NCBI GenBank assembly: GCA_964016885.1
Contig: OZ024741.1
Location: forward strand, 52,142,001-52,206,000
Direction: 5' to 3'
DNA length: 64,000 nucleotides
Origin: Eledone cirrhosa
Lineage: Eukaryota
The position numbers and the translations under genes are program-made. This document shows, piece by piece, positions 13,793 to 26,373 of the stretch. Under the pieces are notes generated by a model, which saw only the letters and a program-made list of their open reading frames with translations, made no database searches and was not told the DNA's origin. Each line of letters starts with the position of its first letter. Position 1 is the stretch's first letter.

Positions 13793-14426
13793 TACATATA
13801 TACATACATTCATTTATGTATGTATATATATATACATTTATATATTTGTATATATGCATGCGTTTATATTTAAGTGTGTGTATATGTGCCTATAAGGATG
13901 TTGACTTGATTTATGCTTTTTTTGGTAAGGAGAGAATTTGGACTTCAGATTTTATTACCTAGGGAGATTAAATACCACAGCTTTTCAACCTCGCCAAACA
14001 CCAACGCCGGCCTGTGTGTGTATATATGTGTGTGTATGTATGTATGTATGTTCTTCTGGTTTTATAATTTCACAAAGTTTTACCAATAGAGAGTGAGTCG
14101 ATTTCTAACATAGACACAAGACTCTCTCATTGGAATTTACACAACATCAACTAGGTAGATATGTATGTATGCATACATGTGTAGATATGGATGTTATTGT
14201 ATATGTGGATGTGTATGTTTTGAGTTGTATGTGTGCCTGTGTATATGCTTTGCATCTGTACATGCGTATATGCAGTTATTAGATGCAAAACTTTTGGAAT
14301 GTTTTACATATTTTTACTGTTCCATTAATGGATTGTACTTATAATTTCCTAATTAGTTGTGTTCTTTCTGTTCCTGTGAAGCCTAACTTCTCAAGATTTG
14401 TATTGAAGCAGTTACTAATATACCCC

Positions 14427-14457
<31 letters not shown>

Positions 14458-14506
14458 TGTATGTATGTATGTATGTATGTATGTATGTATGTATGTATGT
14501 ATGTAT

Positions 14507-15114
14507 GTCAGGTCACCACTTGGTGCTACTGGTAACATGTATCCCAGTACAACCTGTCTCATGGTCGGGTCGTTGGCGACTAAACTGGCAACCCCACCAA
14601 GGTTTCTTGGTGAGGAGGGTGACTTTGGACATCCTGCAGGACTAAAACCAAAACCTGTCAAAGGGCAAAGGAGCTCTTAAGAGTCAATGGCCATCCAAAA
14701 TCACTGGGAGAGATGACCCCTTAGCCTTTGTCAAGGCAGAATTCTAGGAGAAGGAAAACTCTGATATAACACATGCAACCCTGATGGTATCCAATGATGT
14801 TGATTTGTTCTTCTTTTTGGTAAATATCATCTTGGTTAAGAGAGTGGGACTGGCTTTGTGCAGTGCCTTTGCTCACTATAAAAGCTTCACGGCACAGGCA
14901 TTGCTTTGTATCTGGAGATCTCTCTGCACTTGTCGTCACATGGTACCATGAGCCCAGCACTAGGTGTCAATAATTGTCACAGGTGTAGTGTTTGTACCAG
15001 AGTTTTCAAGTCGCTGGCTGGACTAAAAAGTCACACTGGTTCAGCGCATCGGTAGGGGTTCTCCTACATAGATATAAAGTAGTGGCCGTACTCGAAAACG
15101 AGTTGGCAGCCACC
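14507..15114 (+). mobile_element. ~610-bp non-coding retroposon (probably RTE-mobilised) in (TATG)n
   Basis: Highly similar inverted copies at 60538-61145 and 61192-61800. Contains tctaggagaaggaaaactctga, which resembles RTE 5' UTR sequence (from recall). Ends in an (ATGT)n tail. Confidence 0.75.
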
Positions 15115-15599
15115 ATGTATGTATGTATGTATGTATGTATGTATGTATGTATGTATGTATGTATGTATGTATGTATGTATGTATGTATGTATGTATGTAT
15201 GTATCTACGTATGCATGCGTGTGTATGTTCGTATGTATGTATAAGTATACACCAATACCTTTCATCACCATTGCTTTTTTTCTTGTCGTTTCTGTTGAAG
15301 TTGTTCTTGTATCTGTTGTCAGAGTTGACGTTGCCCTTATTTTCATTTTATTTGATTTCTTTCGTTTTTATTTCATCTCTCTAGGGAATTCGTTGACATG
15401 CTTCTTTTATTTATTTTCATCGTTTTCTTAATTCAAATGCATTTACACTGGTTGTCTCAGAGATGTACACATAGGACTTATAAAATTTACCTAAATAAAG
15501 ATCCTTCCAGTGCCCCCCTAACGCCCCCAAAGCTTCAAACGCCTCGCTAACGCACCCTGGAACACCGAAACGCCCTCGTTGAGAATCTTTGATTTAGAT

Positions 15600-15725
15600 C
15601 AATCGAACGCTTTCGTTAGGGTCGACTATCGATACCCGGAGGGTATCCTCAAGGCAGCTGGCTTCGGTCTCGTCTTCAGAGGGTGGATTGCTCCAATGCA
15701 CAGTAGCATCTGTTCGGTGGTCAAA
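15600..15725 (+). pseudogene. Continuation of the Tx1 RT interrupted at 10027
   Basis: Matches 30137-30260 (DQSKAFDRLDHRYL...AGFG.VFRGWIA). Confidence 0.85.
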
Positions 15726-15729
15726 ATTT

Positions 15730-16634
15730 CTCGCTAATAGTAAAGGGTGAGACATTCCTAGAAAGGCTTCCAGGTGCCTGAAGAAATCTATTCGCCTTCC
15801 CCTGCCGGGGCATAGACGGTCACCAGTCTAAAAGACCACTTTCATTGTTGTTCACATCCAGGACTCCAAACTCCTCTGGGTCCAGGAAGGCCGTCCATAC
15901 CTCGAGACCCAGGTATTTCCTAAACAGCATTGCCACCCTGTCCCCCATTCCAGATCGACTAAGAGTTATGTAGACCTCAAAGTCATAAAAAACGGGGTCT
16001 AAAGCGCGTGTGTCAGAATCCTGGTTTCGCTGGTACCCTGATGTCGTTGAGTAAGTGATCTTGCTACTAGGACGGCTCCAAGCTACGTACATTTATGCAG
16101 CTTACTCTTAAAATAGTGTTGACTGGATATAGTTAAGAGAAGAAAAAGGAGCTACTTACCCTCCGTGTGCTGTTAGAAATCGGGTAGTTCTTCCTCCATA
16201 TTTGGTGAGGTTTCTTTTATGAAACCCTTTAAAAGCCTCCTGGTGGATTTTGAATTAGGAGTTCCTCTAAATTTGCTGGTGCCGAAAATTTCCATCTCTT
16301 TATCAATATCTTTACTTCGTGCAATGGGGGTGGTAGCGGTAGTTTCTTTGATGGTTGTGGTGTTGGTGGGTTTGCTATTGTTGTAGATATGTCTATATTT
16401 ATTGTGCAACAACGGTTGCCTACGCATTTATAGGAATGTCTCACCCTTTACTATTAGCAGCGAACTTTGAGTGTGTGTTTGTGCGAGGCCAGAGAATGTA
16501 TTTTGTTAGTGTTTTCTTTTTTTGTTTTGGGGGTTTTGGGGGGTCCTACCTCGTCTTCAGTTCAAGAGGAGAAGGTAGCGGTATCTGTGGATTCTGTTTC
16601 AGATATGGATGAGAGTGTGTTTGTGTTTAGAGGA

Positions 16635-16673
<39 letters not shown>

Positions 16674-18530
16674 CGAGAGAGAGAGGGCGAGAGAGAGGGA
16701 GAGTGAGAGAGTTAAAGAGAGAGCGAGATAGAGAGTGAAAGAGATACAGAAAGAAAGAGAGAGAGAGAGAGACCTTCGTTAGGAGACCCCCCCCCCACCA
16801 AAGATATTTTTCACGCTGTCCATTGTTAGTGGTTGTGGTGGTGCTTCTGCTGCTGCTGTTGGTGGTGTTGTTGCTGTTATTTCTGCTGCTGCTGCTGCGG
16901 TTGTTGGTTTTGCTGCTACCGAAGTTAGTGCCGCTGTTGTTGTTGTGACTTTCGGGGTCATGGTATTGACAGCAAAGAGCCCTGAGGTTCCCTGTCTTCT
17001 GTTGAGAGCAGAAAGCTCTTAAGTAACCAGTGTGCCTACACAAATGGCAACGAGGTTGTCTGCCTTCAATTATTATCTGCAGGTCACCCCTCCTGGAAAG
17101 CGAATGAGGCCTAGGATCTTGTTGATGTAATCTGGTTTGATGTAGAGTAGGACCTCCACACTGATCCCAGAATAGTTTTCTTCGTCTGGTTCTTTTCACC
17201 TCAAGGAATATGTTGCCCCATTCTAGGACGATGTAGGCCAATATCCATTAGTGGGACACTGGGATCTTGACCTTTAGCGTCGTTTTTCCTAAATAAAATG
17301 GGTAGAGCACAAGCTTCTCGCTCCGACAGAGTACCACTGAGTGTTCAACACCCAGAGCTTCATTTTAATTGTTTCTACTTTTTGCACAAGGCCAGCAATT
17401 ACCCAGTGCATTACTGGTACTTTATTTTATCGACCCCGTAAGAATGAAAGGCAAAGTTAACTTTGGCGGGATTTGAACTCATTAATGACCACTCAAATGT
17501 CTACATATTGTCTGGTCCTCGCAATATGCTGGATATCAGGCACTACCTCTTTCAGTGCCCTCTCAATGTCTGTCCGATTTTCTGGCTCCGTTCGTTTTGT
17601 GTTTAGGGACATGCATTTGTAGATGACAGTTTTTTTTGTTGGTTTCTACCAACGCCTCATTGGGTGGACACGGCAGCCCATGACCCCTATATCTTTATCA
17701 GTTTGGTTACTTGGGTCAATCATGCCTCCTCTTCTATAATGTTTATGACCAACAGTTCAGTTGCGTTGGCAACCGTTGCTGCAAATGTACTGTTGTTATT
17801 TTTGTTGTTATTGTTGTTTCTATTGTTGATGTTGTTAATGTCATGTTTATTGTTATTGTCTATGTTGCGGTTGTTTTTATTTTTTGTTTCTGTAATATTT
17901 ATTGTTGTTGCAGTGATGGTAGTGGTGTTGGCGATGGTGCTGGTGTTGGTGATGGTGGTGGTGTTGGTGATGGTGGTGGTGTTGGTGATGGTGCTGGTGG
18001 TCGTAGTGGTGGTGGTGTTGGTGATGGTGGCGGTGTTGGCGATGGTGTCGGTGGTTGTAGTGGTGGTGGTGGTGTTGGTGATGGTGGTGGTGTTGGTGAT
18101 GGTGTCGGTGGTCGTAGTGGTGGTGGTATTGGTGATGGTAGTGGTGTTGGTTATGGTGCTGGTGGTGTTGGCAATAGTGTCCGTGGTCGTAGTGGTGGTA
18201 GCACTGTTCGTGTTATTATTACCTTTTGTTGTATTTGTTTCATTTAGTTGTTTATGTGAATGTGGTTTTAAAGTTTTTAAAGGTGTGAAGTTCGCCTCGA
18301 AATTTTCCTGTTCAGAGTTGTTGCTGGTAATGTTACTGCTGCTGTTGTTGTTGTTGTTGTTCCTGATGCTGTTGGCGGTGTCTTTAGTGGTGGTGATGAA
18401 GTTGGTCTTACGGAAAGAACGCTTATGAATACAACGGAAGAATTCTTGTCGTCTGCCATCTTATTTTGAAAAGAACTGAGAGGCGTGTTCGGAAAACAAA
18501 CACAGGTTTATCCCCCGAAGGATACAGATA
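15730..18530 (-). pseudogene. Decayed L1/Tx1 5' half (ORF1 with zinc knuckle, start of APE)
   Basis: IIIEGRQPRCHLCRHTGYLRAFC matches VIVEGRRPRCVVCGEGTHLRAFC; the APE fragment VAMLFRKYLGLEVWTAFLDP matches 28585 onward. Confidence 0.8.
17364..17481 (-). mobile_element. Truncated SINE family A copy
   Basis: Same core as 7209-7325. Confidence 0.8.
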
Positions 18531-19365
18531 GAAAAGAAACTAACCAGCTCGCGAAGATCCTGGTTAATTTATCTATAAAACATATTCAATATATAACGTA
18601 TGACAATTTGAAAAAGAAACACACTTACGGAGCAATTTAAAACGTTGTATCGAGACACGCAAAAAAAAAAAAGTAATAGATATGTTGCTAATTTCTTTCT
18701 TGAACCAAAAGCATTCAAGAAAAATGGTTTGTCGTGTTTACTCTGTTGTGCTTCTTGTTTTTGTAGTTGTTGTTGTTATTGTTGTTAATGCTGTTGTTGT
18801 GATGTTGTGACGTTGTGATGTGATTGTTGTTTGTGATGTTGTTGATATTGTTAGTGTTGTTTATGAAGTTGTTGTTACTGATGTTTATGATATTGTGGCT
18901 GTTGATGTCGTTGTTGTTGCTGATGTTGTTGTCGTTGCTAATTTTGTTGTATTTGCAGATGAGAAGAATTTGAAGAAATTGTATTATTACAGTTATTTAC
19001 CTTTGTTTAATTTTGTTTTATATTTGTTTTGATAGTGTCTTTCTTACTTTCTTTCTGTCTTTCATTCTTTCTTTCTTTCTTTCTTTCTTTTCTTCCTTCC
19101 TTCCCATCTTTCTGTCTGAAATACCAATCAAATGGAGTTATGTCACACACACACACACACACACGCACACACAGAGATACACACGCACGTACACTCAAAC
19201 AAAAAAAGACACACACAGACACACAAACACACAAACCATACAAACACAAACTAAACACACATACACACACACACATACACACACACGCACACACACATAT
19301 ATATATATATACTGAACTGTATGTTTTCAGGAGAAGAATCATGTGGTGTTATTTTGCCTACCCAA

Positions 19366-20230
19366 CCCCATCCAACCCTACCCAAACCCACCCAAACCTA
19401 TACAACCCCACCCAAACCCACCCAAACCTACACAACACCACCCAAATCCACACAAACCCACCCAATCCTACACAACACCACCCAACCCAATCTAACCCAC
19501 CCAATCCTACACAACCCCACCCAACCCAATCTAACCCACCCAATCCTACACAACCCCACCCAACCCAATTTAACCCACCCAATCCTACACAACCCCACCC
19601 AACCCAATCTAACCCACCCAATCCTACACAACCCCACCCAACCCAATCTAACCCACCCAATCCTACCCAACCCAATCTAACCCACCCAATCCTACCCAAC
19701 CCCACCCAACCCAATCTAACCCACCCAATCCTACACAACCCCACCCAACCCAATCTAACCCACCCAATCCTACCCAACCCCACCCAACCCAATCTAACCC
19801 ACCCAATCCTACCCAACCCCACCCAACCCAATCTAACCCACCCAATCCTACCCAACCCCACCCAACCCAATCTAACCCACCCAATCCTACCCAACCCCAC
19901 CCAACCCAATCTAACCCACCCAATCCTACCCAACCCCACCCAACCCAATCTAACCCACCCAATCCTACACAACCCCACCCAACCCAATCTAACCCACCCA
20001 ATCCTACCCAACCCCACCCAACCCAATCTAACCCACCCAATCCTACCCAACCCCACCCAACCCAATCTAACCCACCCAATCCTACCCAACCCCACCCAAC
20101 CCAATCTAACCCATCCAATCCTACCCAACCCCACCCAACCCAATCTAACCCATCCAATCCTACCCAACCCCACCCAACCCAATCTAACCCACCCAATCCT
20201 ACCCAACCCCACCCAACCCAATCTAACCCA
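19366..20230. repeat. 39-bp C/A-rich minisatellite (~20 units)
   Basis: Unit ccacccaatcctacccaaccccacccaacccaatctaac; 13-aa periodicity in the ORF track. Confidence 0.95.
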
Positions 20231-20284
20231 ATGCCCACAGCCGTAATTTGTCCCTATGCGTTGTTGATATTGTTGTTGTTGTTG

Positions 20285-21444
20285 ATTGTTGTGATAACAA
20301 AGGTGGTGATAATGGTGATGGTGATGGTGATGATGATGATGACGGTGATGATGGTGCTGCTGCTGGTGATGATAGTGATGATGATGGTACTGATGATGAT
20401 GGCGTTGATGGTGCTTCTGCTGATGATGCCGATAATGATGATGATGATGATGATGATACTGATGTTGATGACGATGATGGTGCTTCTGCTGCTGCTGATG
20501 ATGATACTGATGATGATGATAGTGCTGCTGCTGATAATGATGATGATAGTGATGATAATAGTGATGATGTTGATGATGATGTTGATGATGATGTTGATGA
20601 TGATGCTGATGCTGATGATGGCATTTAAACAAATATATATATTTTTAATTTGTCGCGTTTTCTTTTAATTTAAACAACAGGATTTAGACTTTCATTCACA
20701 TATATTTCTTTTTTTTCTCGCCACAAGAAAAGAACGAAAAAATACCAAAGATCTTTTAAAATACAATATCTGCCAATTTTATTATTTAAATTTCATTTCA
20801 TTTTATTTCATTTTATTATATTTTATTTTATTTTTTTAATTTAATTTTTTTATTTTTTTGTCACGTGTACTTTTTCTTCTCTTGGAAAATGTGTAGTAGT
20901 TGTTGTTGTTGTTGTTTTTCTTCTTCATCATATCGTTTTCAATTTCATTTTGTCATTGAAGTCTTGGAGATTTTCTGACTTCTAGTCACGGCCACGGATA
21001 TATCCACCACCACACCACCACCACAACATTACCACACCACCATACCACTACCACCACCATCAAATCATCACCACCGCACCACCACCAGCACCACACCACC
21101 ACCACCACCACACCACCACCATCACCACACCACCACCACACCATCACATCACCATCACCGCACCACCACCACCACCATACCAGCACCACCAGCACCACCA
21201 GCACCACCACACCACCACCACCACCAGCACCATCACACCCCCACCACCACCGTACCACGACCAGCACCACACCACCACGACCACCACCACGACCACGACC
21301 ACCACACACCACCACCACCACCATCACACCACCACCACCGTACCGCCACCAGCACCACACACCACCACCACCACCATCACACCACCACCGCACCACCACC
21401 AGCACCACACCACCACCACCACCACCACCACCACCACCACCAGC

Positions 21445-21475
<31 letters not shown>

Positions 21476-21620
21476 GCACCACCACCAGCACCAGCACCAT
21501 CACCATCACACCACCACCACACCAGCACCACCAGCACCACCACCACCACCATCACACCACCACCACACCACCACTACCACCGCACCACCACTACCACCAC
21601 ACGGCGCCATCACACCCCAC
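20285..21620. repeat. (GAT)n and (CAC)n degenerate trinucleotide tracts
   Basis: Directly visible at ~20285-20620 and ~21005-21620. Confidence 0.9.
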
Positions 21621-22549
21621 CAAATAGTTCTTTTATTTAATCATTTATATATTTATTTATTTATCTTTCTATTAACTCAATTATTACTTTTAGTTAACTA
21701 TTATGTAGTTTAAGCAATTTTTCCATTATTTCTACCACAGCTGCTGTTTTCCCTATTCGATGGAATTATTGTATTTTTTATTTTTTATTTCGAATTACTG
21801 TTTTTTTTATTTTTAAATCTTGTATTTGATTAATTTCGTATATTTTGTATATTTCTTTCTTGTATTTTATATTTTTTTGATAATTTCTGTATGTATTTTT
21901 TGTCTTGGTATTATATACTTTATGTTTTATTTTAATTTTATATTCGCGTGTCTGTGTGTGCATGTGTGTATGTGTCTCTGTGTGCATATGTGTGTCTGTG
22001 GGTATCTGTGTGTATATGTGTGCATGTGTGTGCGCATGTGTGCATGTGTGTATGTGTGTCTGTGTGTGCATGTGTGTGGCTGTGGGTATCTGTGTGTATA
22101 TATATGTATGTGTGTCTGTGTGTGCATGTATGTGTCTGTGTGTATATGTGTGCGTGTGCAGGCAACTATTTTAATTACTCATACGGTTTAACGTGATTAC
22201 AGGACCCCATTGAACAACAATAGCAACGTGCCAGCCCTTATCGGTGCTGCCACAGTGACACTTCTCTATCATCTTTCCTCTCTCACTCCCTGTAAGAAAT
22301 AGCAGCCAAATTCCCCTCATAAATCACATTCTAGTATCTACAAAGAAAGACAAAGTCATATTAGCGAATATATTCTGAGCTACACGAATTTCTGTGCGGA
22401 AGAGTTCATTTTAGCCATTTAAAAGACAGAAAAAACTGTAAACTTTATTATATATATTCGATAATAATAGCCATAGATCACTATGTCAGAAGAAAAAGAA
22501 AAAAAAAGAGGATGGTCACTGTTGAAACACTTTCGATTATAGGTCTGTT

Positions 22550-22642
22550 GACAACAGGGTTACTTCCGTCACGGGTGTCCAGCAGGGAGACCCATTTGGC
22601 TCGTTCCTCTTTGTGCTGGTAGCCGATGACGTTGCCAGCTCG
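22550..22642 (+). pseudogene. Small non-LTR RT fragment (CRE-like)
   Basis: Translates SVTGVQQGDPFGSFLFVL (RT motif B). Confidence 0.55.
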
Positions 22643-22645
22643 GTA

Positions 22646-22825
22646 ATTAATTGTTTCTACTTTTGGAACAAGGCTAGCAATTATCCCAGTGGTACTTTAT
22701 TTTATCGACCCCGTAAGGATGAAAGGCAAAGTTAACCTTGGCGGGATTTGAACTCAGACCATAAAGGGCCGTAACTCTTTGCTGCAAAGCATGGCGTCCG
22801 ACCCTCTACCGATACTGCCAATCTA
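22646..22825 (-). mobile_element. SINE family A copy
   Basis: Matches 7209-7395. Confidence 0.85.
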
Positions 22826-23299
22826 CAATGAGCTCAAAGTATAAAAACTGATCTCTTTATAATATAATATATAGAAATAGACACGAAAAGAAATGTGTTT
22901 TGAAGTACATGGGTTGAAACCACTTTCGTGCAATGCATGTGATAAATGAAGAAACGGAAAATACATAGTAAACGAAAAAAATCAATTAAAATGTACTAAC
23001 CATTTTAATAACTATTAAACTTCTGGAAAAACTACAGATATACTTTGTTTCGCCAAAAATGAGTGTTTGTGTCACAGAATTCTAGAGCTTTTCAACAGGA
23101 GTAAGGATTGTATGAACAACACACCTAGAGATAATTTAGGTAACTATTTACCTAAATTATATAAAAGGATATAAATAATAGATATAGACTACATTCCAAA
23201 TCTATCGCAAGTGAAATAATTTAACAAAAATAGAATCAGTTGAACAATGTTAATAAACGAAGACTATGCTGACTTCGAATGAGTCATATGCCGTTCAAC

Positions 23300-23680
23300 T
23301 ATATTTTATCATGAACAGGTCGTAGAGCGTCACCTCTATATACTTGTGGAGACTACCCAGACAGTCTATAACATTATTTGTTCCAATCTAGAAACTATCA
23401 GTCTGAAAAAGAGGACAGCTTGAAGCTAATAATTTAAAAAAATACAATATATTATCAAAGATGTACCACCTATAATCAAGGCTGTTCAATACATGGAGGC
23501 TACGAAAAGATTCAACAACAGAAACTTTTAACTGCTTTAGAGTTGTCTTTGTTTTTTTATTCTTTAAAATTTTGTTTATGCTTCTTTTACCTGCTGTAGG
23601 CCCACTTCTTTTAATCACTGTGTCTATCTTGTTTTTTATATCTGTAAAGGGCACTAGATATCTCCCATAGAATGTCACTT
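23300..23680 (-). pseudogene. Possible Tc1/mariner transposase relic
   Basis: KRSGP...KRSINKILKNKKTKTTLKQL resembles the Tc1 HTH linker region, and a VLFSD-like motif follows. Heavily decayed. Confidence 0.3.
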
Positions 23681-23705
23681 ATATATATCTGTCTGTATAT
23701 ATATG

Positions 23706-23793
<88 letters not shown>

Positions 23794-23839
23794 CATACAT
23801 ATATATATATACATACATATATATATATTATATATATGC

Positions 23840-23874
<35 letters not shown>

Positions 23875-24090
23875 ATATATATATGTATGTATATATATAT
23901 ACATATATATATTATATATATATATGTATATACATATATATATTATATATATATGTATATATATATTATATATATATGTATATGTATATATATATCTATA
24001 TATATATCAGATATATATCCCCCCCTCAAGCGTGAACCTAATACTAACACTTTGTACTGCACTCTTCGTTATTGACTTTGTTTTCTGTTT

Positions 24091-24187
<97 letters not shown>

Positions 24188-24453
24188 GTGTTAAAACAGA
24201 AAACAACACCCACCTAGTTTTATGTCTGCCTTATACTTGGAAATGGGGTCCTCTGTTGTATATATATATGCACTTGTGCGTACATATATATACACACCTG
24301 TATGGATTTGTGTGTGTGTCTGAGGGGGTGGGTGTGAGTGTATGTACAAGTCAACCAACATAAATCTTTTTATTTCTAAAATTTCTAAACTTTCTAAGTA
24401 TTTGACTCTAACCATTATTTTCAGTATTACCACCCTACATTAATTCCTCAATT

Positions 24454-24499
<46 letters not shown>

Positions 24500-24925
24500 T
24501 GTGGAGGTGGGTGTGAGTGTATGTGCAAGTCAACCTACATAAGTCTTTTTATTTGTAAATTTTCTAGTATTCTACTCTAACCATAATTTTCAGTAGTACC
24601 ACTCCACATAAATTCCTCAATTTAAGAATGACCTGTAGTATCTATTTCATACTATTAACCTCAATTGAATATATATCTGACCAGGAATGCTTTTTGTGAA
24701 AATCAGTCATATGGAACTATTGTCATCTTGCCTGACGGTTTGAACTTTACAACACCACCTGCCTCTTTGAGGTCAAATACCAACCCAACTAGCATCTACA
24801 AACTGACCAATGAGAATTAAGACTATTCCTGCTGACAACATTAAATTATTCCTAAGAAGCTCATATGTCCCAAGGCTCACTATAAACACTATAAACACAG
24901 AGCTGGCATATCTAAGAACTGACTA

Positions 24926-24983
24926 ACTGCCTGATGAGGTCATAGTCATTCAATGGCTATCATCGAAATATATATATAGCAGT
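24926..24983 (+). ncRNA. Type I hammerhead ribozyme motif
   Basis: actgc-CTGATGA-ggtcatagtcatt(c)aatggctatcatc-GAAA-tatatata-TA-gcagt, followed by aataaa. Confidence 0.82.
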
Positions 24984-25024
24984 AAATAAAGGATTATGAG
25001 TTCATGCAATTGACTTATGTTTCG

Positions 25025-25062
<38 letters not shown>

Positions 25063-25268
25063 GAAAAACCACAGACCCTCCATCTCAACTCACCTTTTGG
25101 AAAGCAGAAGAACTGCGAAACCGGTAAAGGAACCAAATAAATATATATATTTAAAAAAAAAATAAGACTCCAGTTGCATTTTCGATTTCATCTCTTTTTC
25201 TTTATACTTTCACTCGTGTAGGACACCTCGTTTATTTTTCATTTTGTAAAAAAAAACCTCATTTTCTA

Positions 25269-25321
<53 letters not shown>

Positions 25322-25334
25322 AATTCTGCCAAAC

Positions 25335-25515
25335 TGTATTGGCCATTGCCTTTCCCTTTCCCTTTGAGAACGACAGTGGCGGGGTGAGGCCAGGCTGGTA
25401 TGCATAGGCAACTGCTTGTCTTCCACAAACAGCCTTGCCCGGTTATGTGCCTTGAGCGGAACTATCTAGGTGCAAATCGCATGGTCATTCGTGACCGAAG
25501 GGGGTCTTTACCCTA
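25335..25515 (+). mobile_element. 3' part of SINE family B
   Basis: Reverse-complement similarity to 61850-62015 (ends gtcattcgtgaccgaagg..gtcttt). Confidence 0.7.
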
Positions 25516-25536
25516 CACATGAATGTATATGCATAT

Positions 25537-25624
<88 letters not shown>

Positions 25625-25709
25625 TATTTTATCCTGTTCACTCATCTATTTACTAATTTATTTAAGCATTTGCTCATTTACTTCTATATAACCTACTTTC
25701 TATTTTGGT

Positions 25710-26101
25710 AAACCCCCACAAAGTTATTAACCATCTCGCCAACAACAACCCTGAGCACCTTTTTGATTCCCATGTGTCTAACACACGTGGGCATGTCTAC
25801 AAAGTCAGAAAACAGCACAGTTCCAATGACTGTCGGAAACATTTTTCCACGCTCAGAGTTGCTGAAGCATGGAACAAACTACCTGTATCAGTTGTTAGCT
25901 GCCGAGACACTGCATCCTTTAAAACCTCCATGTTTCCTGAAATTCGCCAACACTATTCCTGATATCCCCCTCCATACATTCGTACATATATATATCATGT
26001 CTCATACACTGTTCATTTTCCTGACATTTGAACATTATGCTATGTACATTACATGCACCTTTGATGAGTAGTAGTCCACCTGAGCACTGTACACAATAAT
26101 T

Positions 26102-26166
<65 letters not shown>
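25710..26166 (+). mobile_element. 3' end of CR1-group LINE with (ATT)n tail
   Basis: NTRGHVYKV...RKHFSTLRVAEAWNKLP C-terminal motif. Confidence 0.8.
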
Positions 26167-26373
26167 GGCGACCTACGTAGTAAATCGTATCATCGTGAGC
26201 TCCGCAAAGGTTTGTTATTTCCGTTTGTTAAAAATTGCCATTTATGGAAAATTTTTATTGTTAACCATATATAAGCGCACATACATTGTTTTCCGAAAAG
26301 GACACCCAAAAAGATTGGGGGCTTGTGCCCAAAATTTTAACTTTTATTATTATCAAAAATTTCTTTGAAAAAA

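Larger units (their letters stand above)
10028..15591. mobile_element. hAT (Charlie-like) non-autonomous DNA transposon filled with nested insertions
   Basis: TIRs CACAGGTTCTCAA and TTGAGAATCTTTG (11/13 match); 8-bp TSD ATTTAGAT at 10020-10027 and 15592-15599. The Tx1 RT resumes exactly after the TSD. Confidence 0.85.

Noticed and set aside
17664-18428. Gly-rich or hydrophobic ORFs
   Set aside because: Opposite strand of the Pro/Thr-rich Tx1 ORF1 low-complexity region.
19366-20230. CRISPR array or telomere
   Set aside because: No unique spacers, and not (TTAGGG)n.
19029-20632. 400-aa Pro-rich or His-rich ORFs
   Set aside because: Read-through of the minisatellite and (GAT)n repeats.
26167-26230. 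HDV-like ribozyme at the Tx1 5' end
   Set aside because: Only weak G.U-rich pairing; the nested pseudoknot could not be built.
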